DNA from: Balanoglossus misakiensis
Taxonomy: Eukaryota; Animalia; Hemichordata
DNA length: 64,000 nucleotides
Reading direction: 5' to 3'
Assembly (NCBI GenBank): GCA_040954595.2
Contig: CM082596.2
Coordinates: 6,646,791-6,710,790 of the forward strand
Positions 1 to 12,700 of the stretch are shown here, piece by piece. The stretch's first letter is position 1. Each line of letters starts with the position of its first letter. Both the position numbers and the translations under genes were made by a program. Below the pieces are notes generated by a model, which worked only from the letters and a program-made list of their open reading frames with translations, had not been told where the DNA came from and did not search any database.

Positions 1-677
1 ACAGGAATTTGGGAGGTCATTCCATATTAGGGAGAGTGGCAGGTGACGTCAAGTCGACCATGTGAGCAGGACGTAGATGTTACTATTTTCGAAACACCTT
101 GGTCTTTTTGCCGGAGGTCCATCTTTCTTTCGCGAACTTGACTTTGTTCTGGTTGTTTTGTAGGTTAGGTTAGGTTATGTATTGTAAGTTTTGGGATTGT
201 CTTTGCAACTGGTCATGTAAATAATGTATATTTGACATGTGAACTTTCAAATTGGCATATGGAATGGTGTGTTATTATTTTCAATGACTATAATCACCCA
301 GTTTCAATGAATATACCCCTCAACTTAAAAGAGGCAAGTAGATCTTACTGTTTTGGTATGAAGTCGGGTGGTAAAACATCGCCAGGGTCTTTGATGATGA
401 AAATGACCACCGCGTGTAATTCTGAAATGAAGAAGAAAAGGACCAATACTGTATAAAGAGTGTACTTTCCGAACTTCATGGACCAGACCATGGTGGTCAA
501 GGGTTAAAACTGAAATATGAGCATTTGGGTTCGTGAACACACAGAATTTGTTTATTTGCAAGTGCTATTTTGCCACTTTTTTCGACTACAAAAAAACAAC
601 AACACCATAGTTCTGTGCGGCAGTTTCATCAATATAATATGAACTTTACATTTCACCCAAGAATATGACATCATTAC

Positions 678-3600
678 CTTCTGTTGAGTTTACCGATTGT
701 AAAAATGATTCCGAGAACCGGATGTCGTCAGGCATTATATCCGTGCTATTGTCGCGTAAAACGGACACGTATCTCTTCTTTCTTGTCACTGCCGGTCCGG
801 CGACAGAGTCGTAGTCAACAAAATAGCCCTTGACATCTGTGGAAACAGGAGTTTAAATGACAACCGTGTATGAAATTGGCCAGTTATTGTCATTGTCGCT
901 GTGGCTTGTTGCTATATACCACTCCCTTGCGTCAAGACATACCCAAGGACCTCAGATTAGATTACTGGTACTCACACGAAAGGTATCCCCACCAGCGAGT
1001 GTGAGAAACCTTAATTATCACAGGTTCTTGGTGTGTGAGATTCTACTTCTCGATTACCAAAATATGAAAAATTCGGGTTTAAACTTCGTCGGGTATGTTC
1101 TGGTTTCTGTTCATACGTATTGCACATCGCAGCATTGGATGACACCTCACCCATGGTTATCCGTAACTGTATATTGTCTCCGATACAAATGTAGTAATAC
1201 AATGTATTTACCATAGCAACCTGAGATAAATCTTCTCCAATTTCAACTCGGGCATGCGAAAAAAACGCCTTTCCACCACATGATTGCATTTCATTTAACC
1301 GCTTGAGAGATGACAAAGTTATACTTGCCGATTTTCCTGCTCTTCAGGTAAACATTACGCCCAGTCCTGACCATGTACTGATAGACCGTTTCACTGAATG
1401 ATTCGATGGGTTGGAGCACTGTTGCTGCGCTTGTACTTGGTCCATACGTCTATCAATATACCCATGTGAATAAAAAACCCAGAGGAACTTCATAACATTG
1501 TATATGAAGAGTAATATATTGAAAAGATTTCATCAGCTTTCATAATGTATCTGGTCATTCTGTATGGCCAATTTCGCGCTACAGAAACCCCCCTCCCCCT
1601 CCCAGTGACGTATCCACCACTAAGAAATTTGATAAACTTCAGAAATTACATCATAAAGACCAAGCTTGGTATTTACACAATTTTAGGACAAGAATCCACC
1701 AAACTAGTCAGTTTCCTAAAGACCGGGAATTATTTTAATACCGGGTATAATACTATAATAATGTCTCGATACTTACACGGTACATGCTCTGCCATGTCTT
1801 CTGCAGATTTCCATCGAGAAGAAAACCACTTACTTCCAAGAAAGGCTGAAACAAGGTCAAGAAAACAACCAAGATGATACGACTGACTGACTACGACAGG
1901 AATGCATCGGTGAGTACTCATTCACGGCGTATATAACAGTAAAACTTGACTAGACTGGGCACCACAGTAGTTTCTGTAATGGTCAAATGAACCTTGTTGA
2001 GCTTTTATTACTGTACGTACCACAATGAGTTCAAAGATGTCCTCTCCGGTGACGTCGTCGGTTATGTTAATTGCGGCGATCGCGGACAAAATGTCTCTCG
2101 CCGTCAGCATATCTCCGCCGGTGAGTGCGTCGGCAATGTCCCCGTCACGGAACACGCCGTCCAAGGACTGCAGGAGTCGCGCTGCGTCTGATATGTTGGT
2201 GATTGTGGTCACCTGTTTGGACAAAATGTGAGCCCTTTTGACCAGTAGATAGGCCAATTTTAACACTCGCTCCGTTATACTCATTCAAAACAAGAAGCGT
2301 CAACAGAGTACATGCATGGTGATATGACAACCCCTTTTACACCATTCTCGCTGAAAAAGCACGTGTGACATTCTCCCTAAACATAATGTTCACATTCATC
2401 TGAAATCGAAAACTAGCTTTCAGCTAAAATACATATCGTTACAAAAGAAAGGTCACAGAATGACAGAGATAGTCTTACGTCGTGTGAAATGTTGGACAGG
2501 TAGTGGTTTATGCAGCTTTTGGTGTCCGGTGTCTCCCACTGGCCTGATTCGTTGCAGACCCTTAACATCATGCCTGCAGAAGATCAAGTGAATTGCCATT
2601 CGTTTAATCCCATCTCTGGCATGCAAGGGTGTTGTAGACAGTGGTAAGGATTTGTGTGTTCGAGTTTGTGATTTGGGCCGAGGTTTCCTTCAAAATTGGA
2701 AATTTTGCATTCATTTCTCCTATCGCTCACTGTCGTCTTGGTCATCATAATCGTCGCCATTATTGTCACCATCAATGAAAAATAGAGTACTACTCTAGTA
2801 CTTAACTTCAGATTCAGCCGGGCACTGCATCAATGCGGTGAAACTGTTCGATGGCGTTTCCGGCCAAACAACTCCCATTGCTTCGTCATACACCTCATCG
2901 CAAACAAGACCTACAGGAATACATATCTGTGTTTGAGTACATACATGTACGTTCCTTCACAATTCTCACCTCATAGTAAAAACTAACAATCTCACACAAA
3001 TACACATAAATGCTAGTTTTTTTTCTGGTGTGTGTTGGAACTAAAATTGTCACCAGAATCTACCTGTGCCACCTCCGCCATTGGTGACTGTTAGTTGAGC
3101 AATGGCCTCGGGGATGCACACGTCTGCACTCCGCGAGTAACCCTCATCGCACACGCAGTGGTAGCTCCCCGCAGTGTTGAGGCATCGCTCGTTGGTTCCG
3201 CACGGCGCGCTGTCATCTTGGCACTCGTCGACGTCTGCAGGGAATCAGGAAGCGCAACAAGGTTTCAGAATGTGTCGTCAAATATGGTGGTGTGACCAGG
3301 ATTGCAAGTCTCACGTACCATTTTTTCTGGTCTGATGATGGCAAACTTAATTGGCATCCCGGACAAGAATTGTGAAACATGTGATGATTGACATGATCTG
3401 GGACTCCCAGTTGCTATCCAGGCCAAATTGGCCTGACTTCTGCAGATGCGGGGCACATAATCTATCACATCGTAAATTCAAACAACTTGCCCCTCTCACC
3501 CCCAGCTCCCACCATAGTGGTCCATCTTTACCGTGGTAAACAATATATCTGGAACAATCCATGTTGGTGAAAGGGTTAAATTGGTTTCTAATATACGTAG

Positions 3601-6600
3601 AACAAAATATTGATTGTCGTATTATATTTATTGAGTATATAGTTTGACCACTTAATTACCCGAGCAAGTGGGCAAGGCTGGCAACCAGTTGCCATCCCAG
3701 CATTCAATGTGTTGTTTATGAGTCGGTGTGTATCCATGGCGACACTTGGTGATCAGCGTGGCGCCCGAGGGGACTTTAATCACCAGCCCTGCTGAAATGT
3801 AATGGCGGACGGAGTCCCCCAGAACACAGGCGTCGCCGTCTGCAGGTACTTCAACAGTGGAAGTGAACAGTGTAGAAACCGACTCTGAAACACTTTCGCT
3901 CGTTGTTGTGCCCTCTGACTCTGCTGATAGAGAAGTTCCGGGTCCGGTGTGGGTCTCTGAAACATAATTGCATGCGTCTTTATATAGGCTTCTACGACAG
4001 ATTGCCTCCTCCCTCCTCCCCCTACCCCTCTCTCTCTCCCTCCTCTGTGGTATTGTGGGCTGAATTTAGTCTCGCTCCAGGCCATTCCCACGGATTGCAA
4101 GTTATAATTGTTCTGGGTATTTCTTTAACTTTTGAGATGTTGAATGAAAAATAACACAATGGTCGCTGGTGCATTGATGTTTCTATGCAGTGCAGGAAGA
4201 GAATAACACGAATAGCTGACATAAACACAGTATATACATGCTGTCACCTTTTCGCTGTTCGCATATAGAATAGACGTTGCGGTGACACTCCACGTCATGC
4301 CATGCAGAGGTGCTCTGTCGGAAAGAAACGCATCTTTCCAGTTTTTGAAGGTTCATTCCAATGCTATCACTGGGTTCGCCAGAGTGCCAATTGAAATACG
4401 TCGGCGCGGACGGGAACCATTCGTCCCACACCGAGTCGGCCCCCACGTCTTGCCATTGCCATTGGTTTACCATTCCCTGTTGTTCAAAGAACAGCGACGT
4501 ATTTACAAAATGAGAATCTATAGATCAAGCAAGTGTGCGTGCTTCCAATGACTCGCAATCAGATGTAGTGCTGGGCGCCGTGATGATTCTTTGCTGTTCG
4601 AACAGAACAGCGCCTAACTCCACATCTGATTTCATTCAGATTCAAGAACTCGTTCTAAACTAGGCGATCTAAACCTTATTGCCCATTTGCCATCGAAGCG
4701 TACTGTTTGCTAGTTTTCCTAGAGTCACAGACGCTACCAGAAAAAATCACATTTGAAAAAAAGCTTCTCTAGGTACACATGAGAAATAAGGCTATTTTCA
4801 GATGTTGGCCTTGAAAGTTAGAACTCGTGATAATTAACCTTAGGTGTATATCATATCAATACCTTTCAACAAATTGTAAACCGTGCATATACGTTCCCTA
4901 ACACACACTGTATCTATGCATCACAGGTCGATTTGACACACCAAACATTTCATATCCCCCCCCCCCCCGAGACTGCCGTAAGGAGAGCAGGGCCTAAATC
5001 ATAAGCTAAAGGACCTTGACAACAGCACAATTCAGGTATACTGGGGCAGGTTGAATAGTTCAATCGTAAATATCTGGGAACGTCGTTTTTGCACTCCTAA
5101 CGTTTAGAGCTGATAGCTGGGCCCAGGGTGGTGACTATATGAAATTCTTCATGGATTTTTTGTGTGGACTAATTTAAGTCCATTTATTTGCGCAAATCGC
5201 GCGAAACAAGAACAGTATACCTCGTAGTACAGCCCAATGTACCAGTCTCCTCCCAGACCAGTCAGAAGAGAAGCGATGACGCCCTGTGTCTCTTCGCTCT
5301 CCACAATCGCCAGGCGCGCCGCCCTGTCCCTGCAGTATTGTCTGGCGCCCTGCCAGGAGTTCTCTTCGCCGTTGAAGAGGTAACACTTGTCGGATCCCGG
5401 CGATGACGACCAGAACTGGGGGCAATCTGCAAGGTAGAGGCGTGGTCGTTTTTGCAGGCAAATTGATACATAGGTTCTAATAGGCAAAATAATGTTCCCT
5501 TCTTCCTCAAAAAAATATTAATTAGATAATTATGCAATCATCCATTAAGTAATACTTGGGTATCGACTGATTGGGCAGCTGTAATAAAAATTAATCCAAT
5601 GTGTATTGCCAGTTATATATAGTAATAATAATTATAATAATAGTGAGGTTTTATTAGCGCACGTATCTACAATTGTGCCCAAGGGGCTTTATGATTGTTG
5701 CCCCTGGTCATTGGACCTAATATAATTCCATTCAACTCCCTGGGGAGCAAAAACATCTCATATATGGGGCTGAGGAGCGAGTTTGCAATTAACACTCATT
5801 TGAATCTCACAGATGCGCTGTCATAGGGGTGCAGTTTATGTTGGATACTGAAAGTGCCGTACCTCACCCACTCATGAAATACCACTCCCTTCTTTGTTTG
5901 TTTTCTCGACAACTGTATACATATACAAGACATGGATACTATATTGAAGTGCACATCGATCCCAGAAATGTTGTTTAACCGCTGTTTGCAAATGGCGTCA
6001 TATGTTATAAAGCAAGACTCAAAGCTCAAAAACCACATTCCGATCACCAACGTTGTGTCTTTGCGGGTTCATCTCGATTTCATGTACATAAATCTGACCA
6101 CACAGTAATCTGCACCAAACGTTTGTTCGAATTGTGGGTTTTCACCAAACAAATGTATATTGTAAAAAGCAGGATGTTGTTTTCGTTCGAAACATGCTGA
6201 AACTTTTGAACGAGCTTCAGTGCGCGAGCGAAACCTACCTGTGTTGATCAGGTACACTTCATTGGCCCAAGGGCCACCGAGACCGTCGGCAGAGCAGTCA
6301 GCAGACACGCCATATCGTTGGTAAGTCTGCCATGCCGTGGCGCTTGAGAAACACTGGCCGCCATAATATTGAAGAGCGAAGACAGTGTAGCCAAAGGATA
6401 GGGCAGCCTCTTTGCATGTAGTCAGTGCCCCTCCGTGCGAATCGTCGTCACCTTCCAAAACATCGCTGGTTTCCTCGAGCTCGAGCATAGGGATGGCACG
6501 GTCCTCGCGGTCTGCCCAGCATCCCAACAGTTCAAGTTCGTTACCCGAAACTGAAAAATAAAAACGTGCGGTAGTTATATTTTGTAATTTCTCAGAAGCT

Positions 6601-6677
6601 GGTACAACTGTACAAGGCAAATCGTTAAACACTGGATTTTGGACAAAACCATGGAGGAAGCTGTTAATAAACGGACA

Positions 6678-6718
<41 letters not shown>

Positions 6719-8716
6719 GCCTTTTTCCATTAATTATGTTTGATACAAGACACCGTTCATGTTATTCTACATGTGGATATACAGAGAATCAATGTTTGAC
6801 CACACACAACTTCCATCCCGTTTGTAGGATATGAGAGTAAAAGTCCCGCCAAAATGAATAAATGGTAAACACCGATTATTCATTTTGGAGAGTTTTTCAC
6901 TCTTGTGTGTACAATTGGCATGGAAGTTGTGCGTGGTCTAACGTTGATTCACTATATATCCAGATGTAGAATAACATAAATGGGGGCGAGAGAAAGACTG
7001 TCCCTTTAACAGTGATAAGGTAATAATCACCAGAACAGATATCTCCACATTTTTACCTGCAGTGGCGTAGCAATTGGATGCAAAGAGGACGATGGCACCC
7101 AGCACTGTAGCTAACATTTCTACCTGTTGCGCCGATCGACACCAGACTCGGAATGACATTTATTGCACGTATATAAGCCAGGCTTGGAAATTGACAATCA
7201 AACTTAATCTCTAAATATTTGATGGGGTGTAATTTCATACAAGTGAAACGAACGAATGAAAAAAATGAATAAGTTACAGGAAGCGCCGTGGGATTTCCCC
7301 AAATTGATTAAATTGCACGGTTCAAGAATTAAAATCTATTTAATCTATTACTGAGTAGGTGGCTATTGATTGGATTAATTGCTGTCTCTCTTAAAAGTTT
7401 TACCAGTCACATCTCCAGAGAATATGCACATGTTGGGCATGAACAGTACTATATCACTAGACCTGAACAGCTAGCACAGTTCAGTGCCACTATGTTGATT
7501 TCCTTTAAAGGGCAAGGGTGGTCTGAACTGAACATAAGCAACTTTTTTGTTCACAAACACACATTGTTCTGACTGTTACGGGAGACGCAGCCAAGCATTA
7601 CATGTTTATCAAAGTAAATTGGAAATCAATCAATCAATTAATCACTCACTCACTCAGTCACTCACTCACAATATTTTACAGAATTGTGAACAAAATGGTC
7701 GCTCACGTACAGCAAAGTCCACTGTCAGCATGAGAAACGTCTCCTTCAATGATGAGGTCGGATAAGCCCCACATGAATATGTCGCCTCCGAAGGCGCAAT
7801 TTCGCCCGACAATGGCGATCTGCTGGTAGGTCAGTGCCGTGGACCACATGTTGAACTCAGTCAGACTGCCAACGAACGCCTGGGAAGGATCGTAATCTCC
7901 CACGGCGTCTTGTTCCTGGCCCAAGACCATCTGCCCGCCGCCGTGGATTCTTCCCTGCGCGACAAGCCCGCCGCCGGCACCGGCGACGTCGCCGCGGTCG
8001 TAGACGCTCCAGACGCCGCCGCTTGACGACCAGGCGGCGCAGACGTGGTGCCAGGAACCGTCGCCGACGGCCAGCTCGGCGTCGACGTAAGCTCCCCCCA
8101 CGTGGAGCATCAAAACACTGCCACGGGCGTACAGCAGCAATTCATTGGCAGACCCGGCGGGAATAGCGTAGGATATCAACGAAGCCTCTATGCTAGAAAT
8201 GGCCTCCCAACTTTTCGCCCAAATACACGTAGTTAGTTGCAGCATATCGGGGATGGCCGTTGCAACCACCACTTCGGTATTGGGGGTTTCCAACTCAAGT
8301 GTCTCGCCATCTGCATTGAAATATCAAGAAACGCTAATTTAACAAACAGTCATGGCTCTTGTATACCGGTATATATAAGAAAGACGTTAAATGATCGTCA
8401 TACGACGGCTCCCATAGGTTGTCAATCGACGATTTTGTTCAGTGCGATATTTCGCCCTAAAATGGGCGCCTTCAGACAATAAAGTCAGAAAACTTTAGTG
8501 GGTACCAGTAGATGGAAATTGGCCACAAATTAACAAACCCGGTATAGTAAATAAGCAATATTGCTGCGTACTCTCGTCAAATCGTTTGTAGTAAAATCAC
8601 GTGCAAAAAGGTTGCAAGCAGTTGCTTGGATTTTATAAGGAATACTTAGGTACATTACCTTGCAAGGAAATGGCAATCGGGATCATACACACCAATAACG
8701 CCACGACGAGCTGCAT
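678..8716 (-). CDS. Adhesion GPCR, extracellular region (5' part; GPS/7TM expected beyond the left edge of the window)
   Basis: Phase-compatible exons traced by hand (minus strand): 8659-8716 signal peptide MQLVVALLVCMIPIAISLQ; 7711-8310 pentraxin; [alternative first exon 7057-7117]; 6239-6550 WSC-like; 5221-5426 and 4248-4476 C-type lectin; 3660-3839 sushi; 3064-3234 EGF-Ca; 2806-2910 and 2479-2573 hormone-receptor domain (C...GVVWPETP...CP / RVCNESGQWETPDTKSC); 2021-2212, 1777-1845, 1329-1449, 678-836 GAIN-like (GGDMLTARDIL, FLEVSGFLLDGNLQKTW). An HRM followed by GAIN is characteristic of adhesion GPCRs. Confidence 0.82.
3064..3234 (-). CDS. Calcium-binding EGF domain exon
   Basis: DVDECQDDSAPCGTNERCLNTAGSYHCVCDEGY. 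Phase 1-1. Confidence 0.92.
3490..3579. mobile_element. Diverged copy of the piggyBac-like MITE family seen at 60076-60161
   Basis: Reverse complement reads ttaaccctttcacca.catgg...ggtaaa..tggac.acta...ggg...tgggggtga.agggg. Confidence 0.55.
3660..3839 (-). CDS. Sushi/CCP domain exon
   Basis: DACVLG...GATLITKCRHGY...IECWDGNWLPALPTC. 180 nt, phase 1-1. Confidence 0.85.
4248..5426 (-). CDS. C-type lectin domain (two exons, 5221-5426 and 4248-4476)
   Basis: CPQFW...KCYLF...SWQGARQYC...LAIV...WYIGL / W.W...NWHSGEPSD...ERCV...WHDVEC...ICE. Canonical splice sites. Confidence 0.92.
6239..6550 (-). CDS. WSC-like carbohydrate-binding domain exon
   Basis: LGCWADREDRAIP...C...GYTVFALQYYGGQCF...YQRYGVSADC..GLGGPWANEVY. 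AG/GT bounded, phase 1-1, 312 nt. Confidence 0.8.
6681..6714 (+). repeat. (CT)n microsatellite
   Basis: Direct inspection. Confidence 0.9.
7057..7117 (-). CDS. Second, internal signal-peptide first exon of the adhesion GPCR
   Basis: MLATVLGAIVLFASNCYATA + G|GTAAAA, phase 1, compatible with the acceptor at 6550. TATA-like TATATA about 55 nt upstream. Confidence 0.75.
7703..8310 (-). CDS. Pentraxin (LamG-like) domain exon
   Basis: Acceptor ttcaatgcag at 8311. Motifs WHHVCAAWSS (pentraxin HxCxxWxS), LGQEQD, FVGSLTEFNMW. Ends either at phase-1 donor T|GTACGT (7711) or at the in-frame TGA (7703). Confidence 0.92.
8659..8716 (-). CDS. First coding exon (signal peptide) of the pentraxin-containing isoform
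   Basis: ATG at 8716, hydrophobic MQLVVALLVCMIPIAISLQ, phase-1 donor G|GTAATG matching the acceptor at 8310. Confidence 0.8.
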
Positions 8717-8854
8717 GATCGCAAATGCCTAGTGTCGTCAGAACTAAGATAATTCACAGTCAACACTGATGTTTTGTTTCCATGGTTTCACTGCCCCCCT
8801 CAGTGTCGCTTCTTCAAATGTCAATTAAGTCAAGTGTGCGGATTGGTTAGAACC

Positions 8855-8862
8855 CTTTTATA
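8855..8862 (-). promoter_or_regulatory. TATA box upstream of the pentraxin/adhesion GPCR first exon
   Basis: TATAAAAG on the minus strand, about 140 nt upstream of ATG 8716. Confidence 0.5.
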
Positions 8863-9514
8863 ATTAATGAATTATACATTGGAGAGCAGCGTCGGTGTTC
8901 TTACGATTGAACATACTGGAAGTTATCCAACCGAAACCGTACAAATTGCAATAACTTCATTATTTCCCATGAGTCAAGTATTGATGTCTCGTAAAGATGG
9001 TCAATCTATTTTAAGTGATCAATTGTATGTTATACTGCAGGGGTCTCGGTGGTTTTAAAGCGAAAATTAATAAACACCATCCTGAGCCATTAACCTGAAT
9101 AGTGTTGTTTTCAAGTCACCAGGGGTAGCAGTGCATGGTTGGGGGGGGGGGGGGTTACATGTTCAATATGATAGGAAAAATGCTTATTACGGTGGTTTTT
9201 CAATAGTTTCCACAGAAATACATACTAGTATGTATGTGATGTGAATTCTCTATCCATACAGTTTGGTATATCTATCTTGTATTGATGATGCGGCCAGTGC
9301 TTGCAGTCAATCACGGCCACGAATTAACAGACTGAGCAACTTTGTTTCGCGCAGATCGCCTTCGTTTGAAGACAAAAAACTCGCCAGCGGCTTTCCTTCA
9401 AACAAAGGGAAGTTGAATTGCAGTTTATTAGTGTTTATAAACGGAGAAACTTGGGAATAGGTTGCTACACACGGAAATGGAATAGCCTTAGCGCCACCAA
9501 CGGAGAGTTAAAGC

Positions 9515-9588
9515 ATGATTGGAGAGGCGAGGGCACAAACAACCATACGTGATGATTGGAGAGGCGAGGGCACAAACAACCATACGTG
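9515..9588 (+). repeat. Perfect 37-bp tandem duplication containing an inverted CCAAT box in the GOSR2 promoter
   Basis: ATGATTGGAGAGGCGAGGGCACAAACAACCATACGTG x2 (9515-9551, 9552-9588). Confidence 0.9.
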
Positions 9589-9712
9589 TTCCCTCCTCAG
9601 ATCGACGTGTACTTATGTAAACATTTCCGGTTTCTTGATAAACTCTAACATTTCACGCCTAAGAAGGTGAACTGTCATAAGGTGTCGGTAAAGAACTTGA
9701 GGAGAGTCCGAA

Positions 9713-12700
9713 ATGGAGGCCCTGTACCACCAGACAAACAAGTAAGTGGCTGGAATTTTCCTCAAACTGTGGCATATGTTGTCAGATTTTGGCCATGATG
9801 TCTTCAGTCCAGGAGTCACAGTTGTACGTAGGCTGCAGGTGTGTGCAACTACCGGTGTTCCTGTCGCGTGTGTACAGTATACATATCAAGGAAAATCACA
9901 TGAATCAAAGGCTTTCAACAAGAGCGAAATTTCGAAAGGGCGTGCGATGTATACGTCGTACTGGCCAACGCGTCTGTGTATTGGCGCAAAGACGAGAGTT
10001 CGGTACAGTGTATGGGGTAGGTGGGAGGCATGGGCTATCGTGGCAACGGCTTGGTACGGCCATGGAGCATACCCGTCTTCCCACGTCCAATGTTTATTAT
10101 CCACTATACACACCGGTGGTAAGCGTATGGGCCTGAGAACCACAGCAAAATTCAAAATACAACTATTGCCGGTGTGTTTGGAGCTGTCATAATGATAACA
10201 GCAGACTGAACTCTGGTGTATGTATATACAAGTACTACCATCTTTCTACAATACATGTATCTAGATTGTGCACACCCCCCCCCCCCAATAGACTGTGGCT
10301 TGTGATGGACTTCACCCTATGAACCCATACTGCCCATTGTTGCAGTGTTACACTGTGGACCTGTCCATTGAAACAAAACATCACATTTGTTTACCTCACC
10401 CAGCTTACATGCAGAGTCCTTCATCTACGACTTTTCTGATGATTTTTATTTTTTGCAGAATGCTGCACGATGTGCAAGCGAACATGGGTCGGATAGAACG
10501 GGCAAAAGCAGATGAAGCCCATTGTAAGTACCATTTGCATCATTCAAGAAACTCATTCACACTTGGACTTCAACTTAACATCATTGTATTATATGTGGTT
10601 CACACACATGCATTTGAAACGTCTCAGGTCAATACTGGCATAAATTCTGATGTTTGAATAGTCTAAGTTGACCCGGAACGTTTCAGATTTGAGACGGCTT
10701 TTGTGGGGTTCACACACATTCATTTGAAACGCCTCTAAAACGTCTCAGGTAAAATACTGGCATAAATTCTTATGTGTGAACAGTTTAAATGGTTCTGAAA
10801 CATTTCAGTACAAATGTATTGACGTGCATTGCTTGTTAAGTGAAATTTAGGTATTTTAAAGTAAGATGTTATTTTGTATAAATAGATATACGGTAAAATG
10901 AGCCAGGCTTTGAGGCAGATAGACATTAATGAGCTACGTGTAACTACATCGGAATACTTACCGAAACCTTCTTTCATTTTCAGTGGTGGAAAATGAAGTA
11001 CAAGTTCGAATCGATCAAATCACGAGTAACGTTGAAAGGCTGGAAATCATGGTGAACAAAGAACCTCCACAGAGAAGACAGAATGCGAAACTGTAAGTGT
11101 ACATGTACTGGTCGTCAAAACTTCCATATTCATATGATTACTCCGTTTTGCATGCATCATTTAACTCTAACGTTACTGGGTGTCATAGCCCATTGGAGTC
11201 TCAAGTCCACAAAATAACGTATAGCTCTGGTATACGTATTTTGATGAAGTTAGTTTCTTTGCTTGGCTGCCATGTGTGTATTTAGACCGGGTTGTTCGCC
11301 TCAATTTAGCTGTATCCACTGTTTATGATCATCTTCCCCTGATCAAATTATCCAGCAAAGGGGTTTATTATGTACTCGGCTGTACAAATATTTGACATTA
11401 CACAGTCTGATGCCAATTGATTCTCTCCATGGTCAAGTATACCCAGCATTCTAGGAAGGTATGAAAATGACTACGTTTGCCACTGATTTGGCACTGGTAG
11501 GGTTAAAATTAACCCCTGGAGCATCCATTGGTGGTAAACGGGTTAAAAATACAGCATTACAGCCCAGTGTTACAGCTGTCTTCAAATGCTTTGTTTTTCA
11601 GACGGGTAGATCAGCTGAAATACGACTGCAGACATTTACAGGCGGCGATGCGGAATCTTCAACACAGGAGGTACACACGGGAGCAGGAAGAGAGGGACAG
11701 GGAAGCCTTGATGTCAAGAACATTCACAACAAATGTAAGTTCATGCTTTGTTGGAGGAAGGGGAGGGTGAGGTCTATCTGTGAATGCCAGGGCAGTGGGC
11801 AGAATAGAATCTGTCATCCCCAAGGACCTGGGATCAGTTGCAGTATTTGGTGAACATGTACATGTATACAATAATATAACAAATTGAGTGTATATATTTC
11901 ATAATGTTGCACTTGCAGCATTCAGCATGTTTTGAGACAGCCATCATGTTCACATCAAAAACTGTATGCCTTTCTTTAAAACTGATGATTTGTTTACACT
12001 CGCAACTCTTTCATGATTTATTTCTAATGGGTAACCCATGTATATCATATGTATATCATAAGCTAGAAGTTATGTGCAGTAACAAATTGTGTTGTGTTCA
12101 GGTTTTTACAACCACGGTGATCCAAGTAGATTGCTAATTACAAGGCACCTTGCCGGACTGCTGCCTGTTTTACCCAAGCACTCTGCCGTGCTTGCACTCA
12201 GGAGCTGTAACTGCAGCAATACATGTAGTATATGCTGATCTGGTGCATTTTATTTTGTTTGTTTATTTCGCAGGAGCCAGACACATCAATAATGATAGAC
12301 GCCGCCCTACAGCACAACACGTCATTACACAACGCACACAGGGGCATCGATGACTTGTTGGGGAGCGGCGCGGCAATCATTGGCGGGCTCCGAGACCAGA
12401 GGGGCACTCTCAAGGTTTGTGTTCTGCAAAATGAATCCTGTCAAAACAAAAAAAAGAACACTTTATGACCCGATTGTGTGTTAAGCCAGTGCATGAACAC
12501 AGTTTCTGGACCGAAACCAGAGATAAAGCAAGCGATGTTTGTTTTTAAAGATGAGACATAATTTGACTCTTTTACTTTCAAGTGGCAAATCAATTTGTCA
12601 AGCTGTGGAAAGCAAGTCATTGTTCCTGTAACAGCAAAACGTGTGCTTTATCGATTTTACTTCATGTGATATGCTCAACTTCATTTCTGCTCTCTTCCAG

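Noticed and set aside
161-177. TTAGG telomere-like repeat
   Set aside because: Only about three units inside an intron; too short to indicate a telomere.
1730-1921. ORF-track frame (SYHLGCFLDLV...) as the adhesion GPCR exon
   Set aside because: Its phase is incompatible with the next exon. The alternative frame 1777-1845 (PFLEVSGFLLDGNLQKTW) fits both the phases and the GAIN motif.
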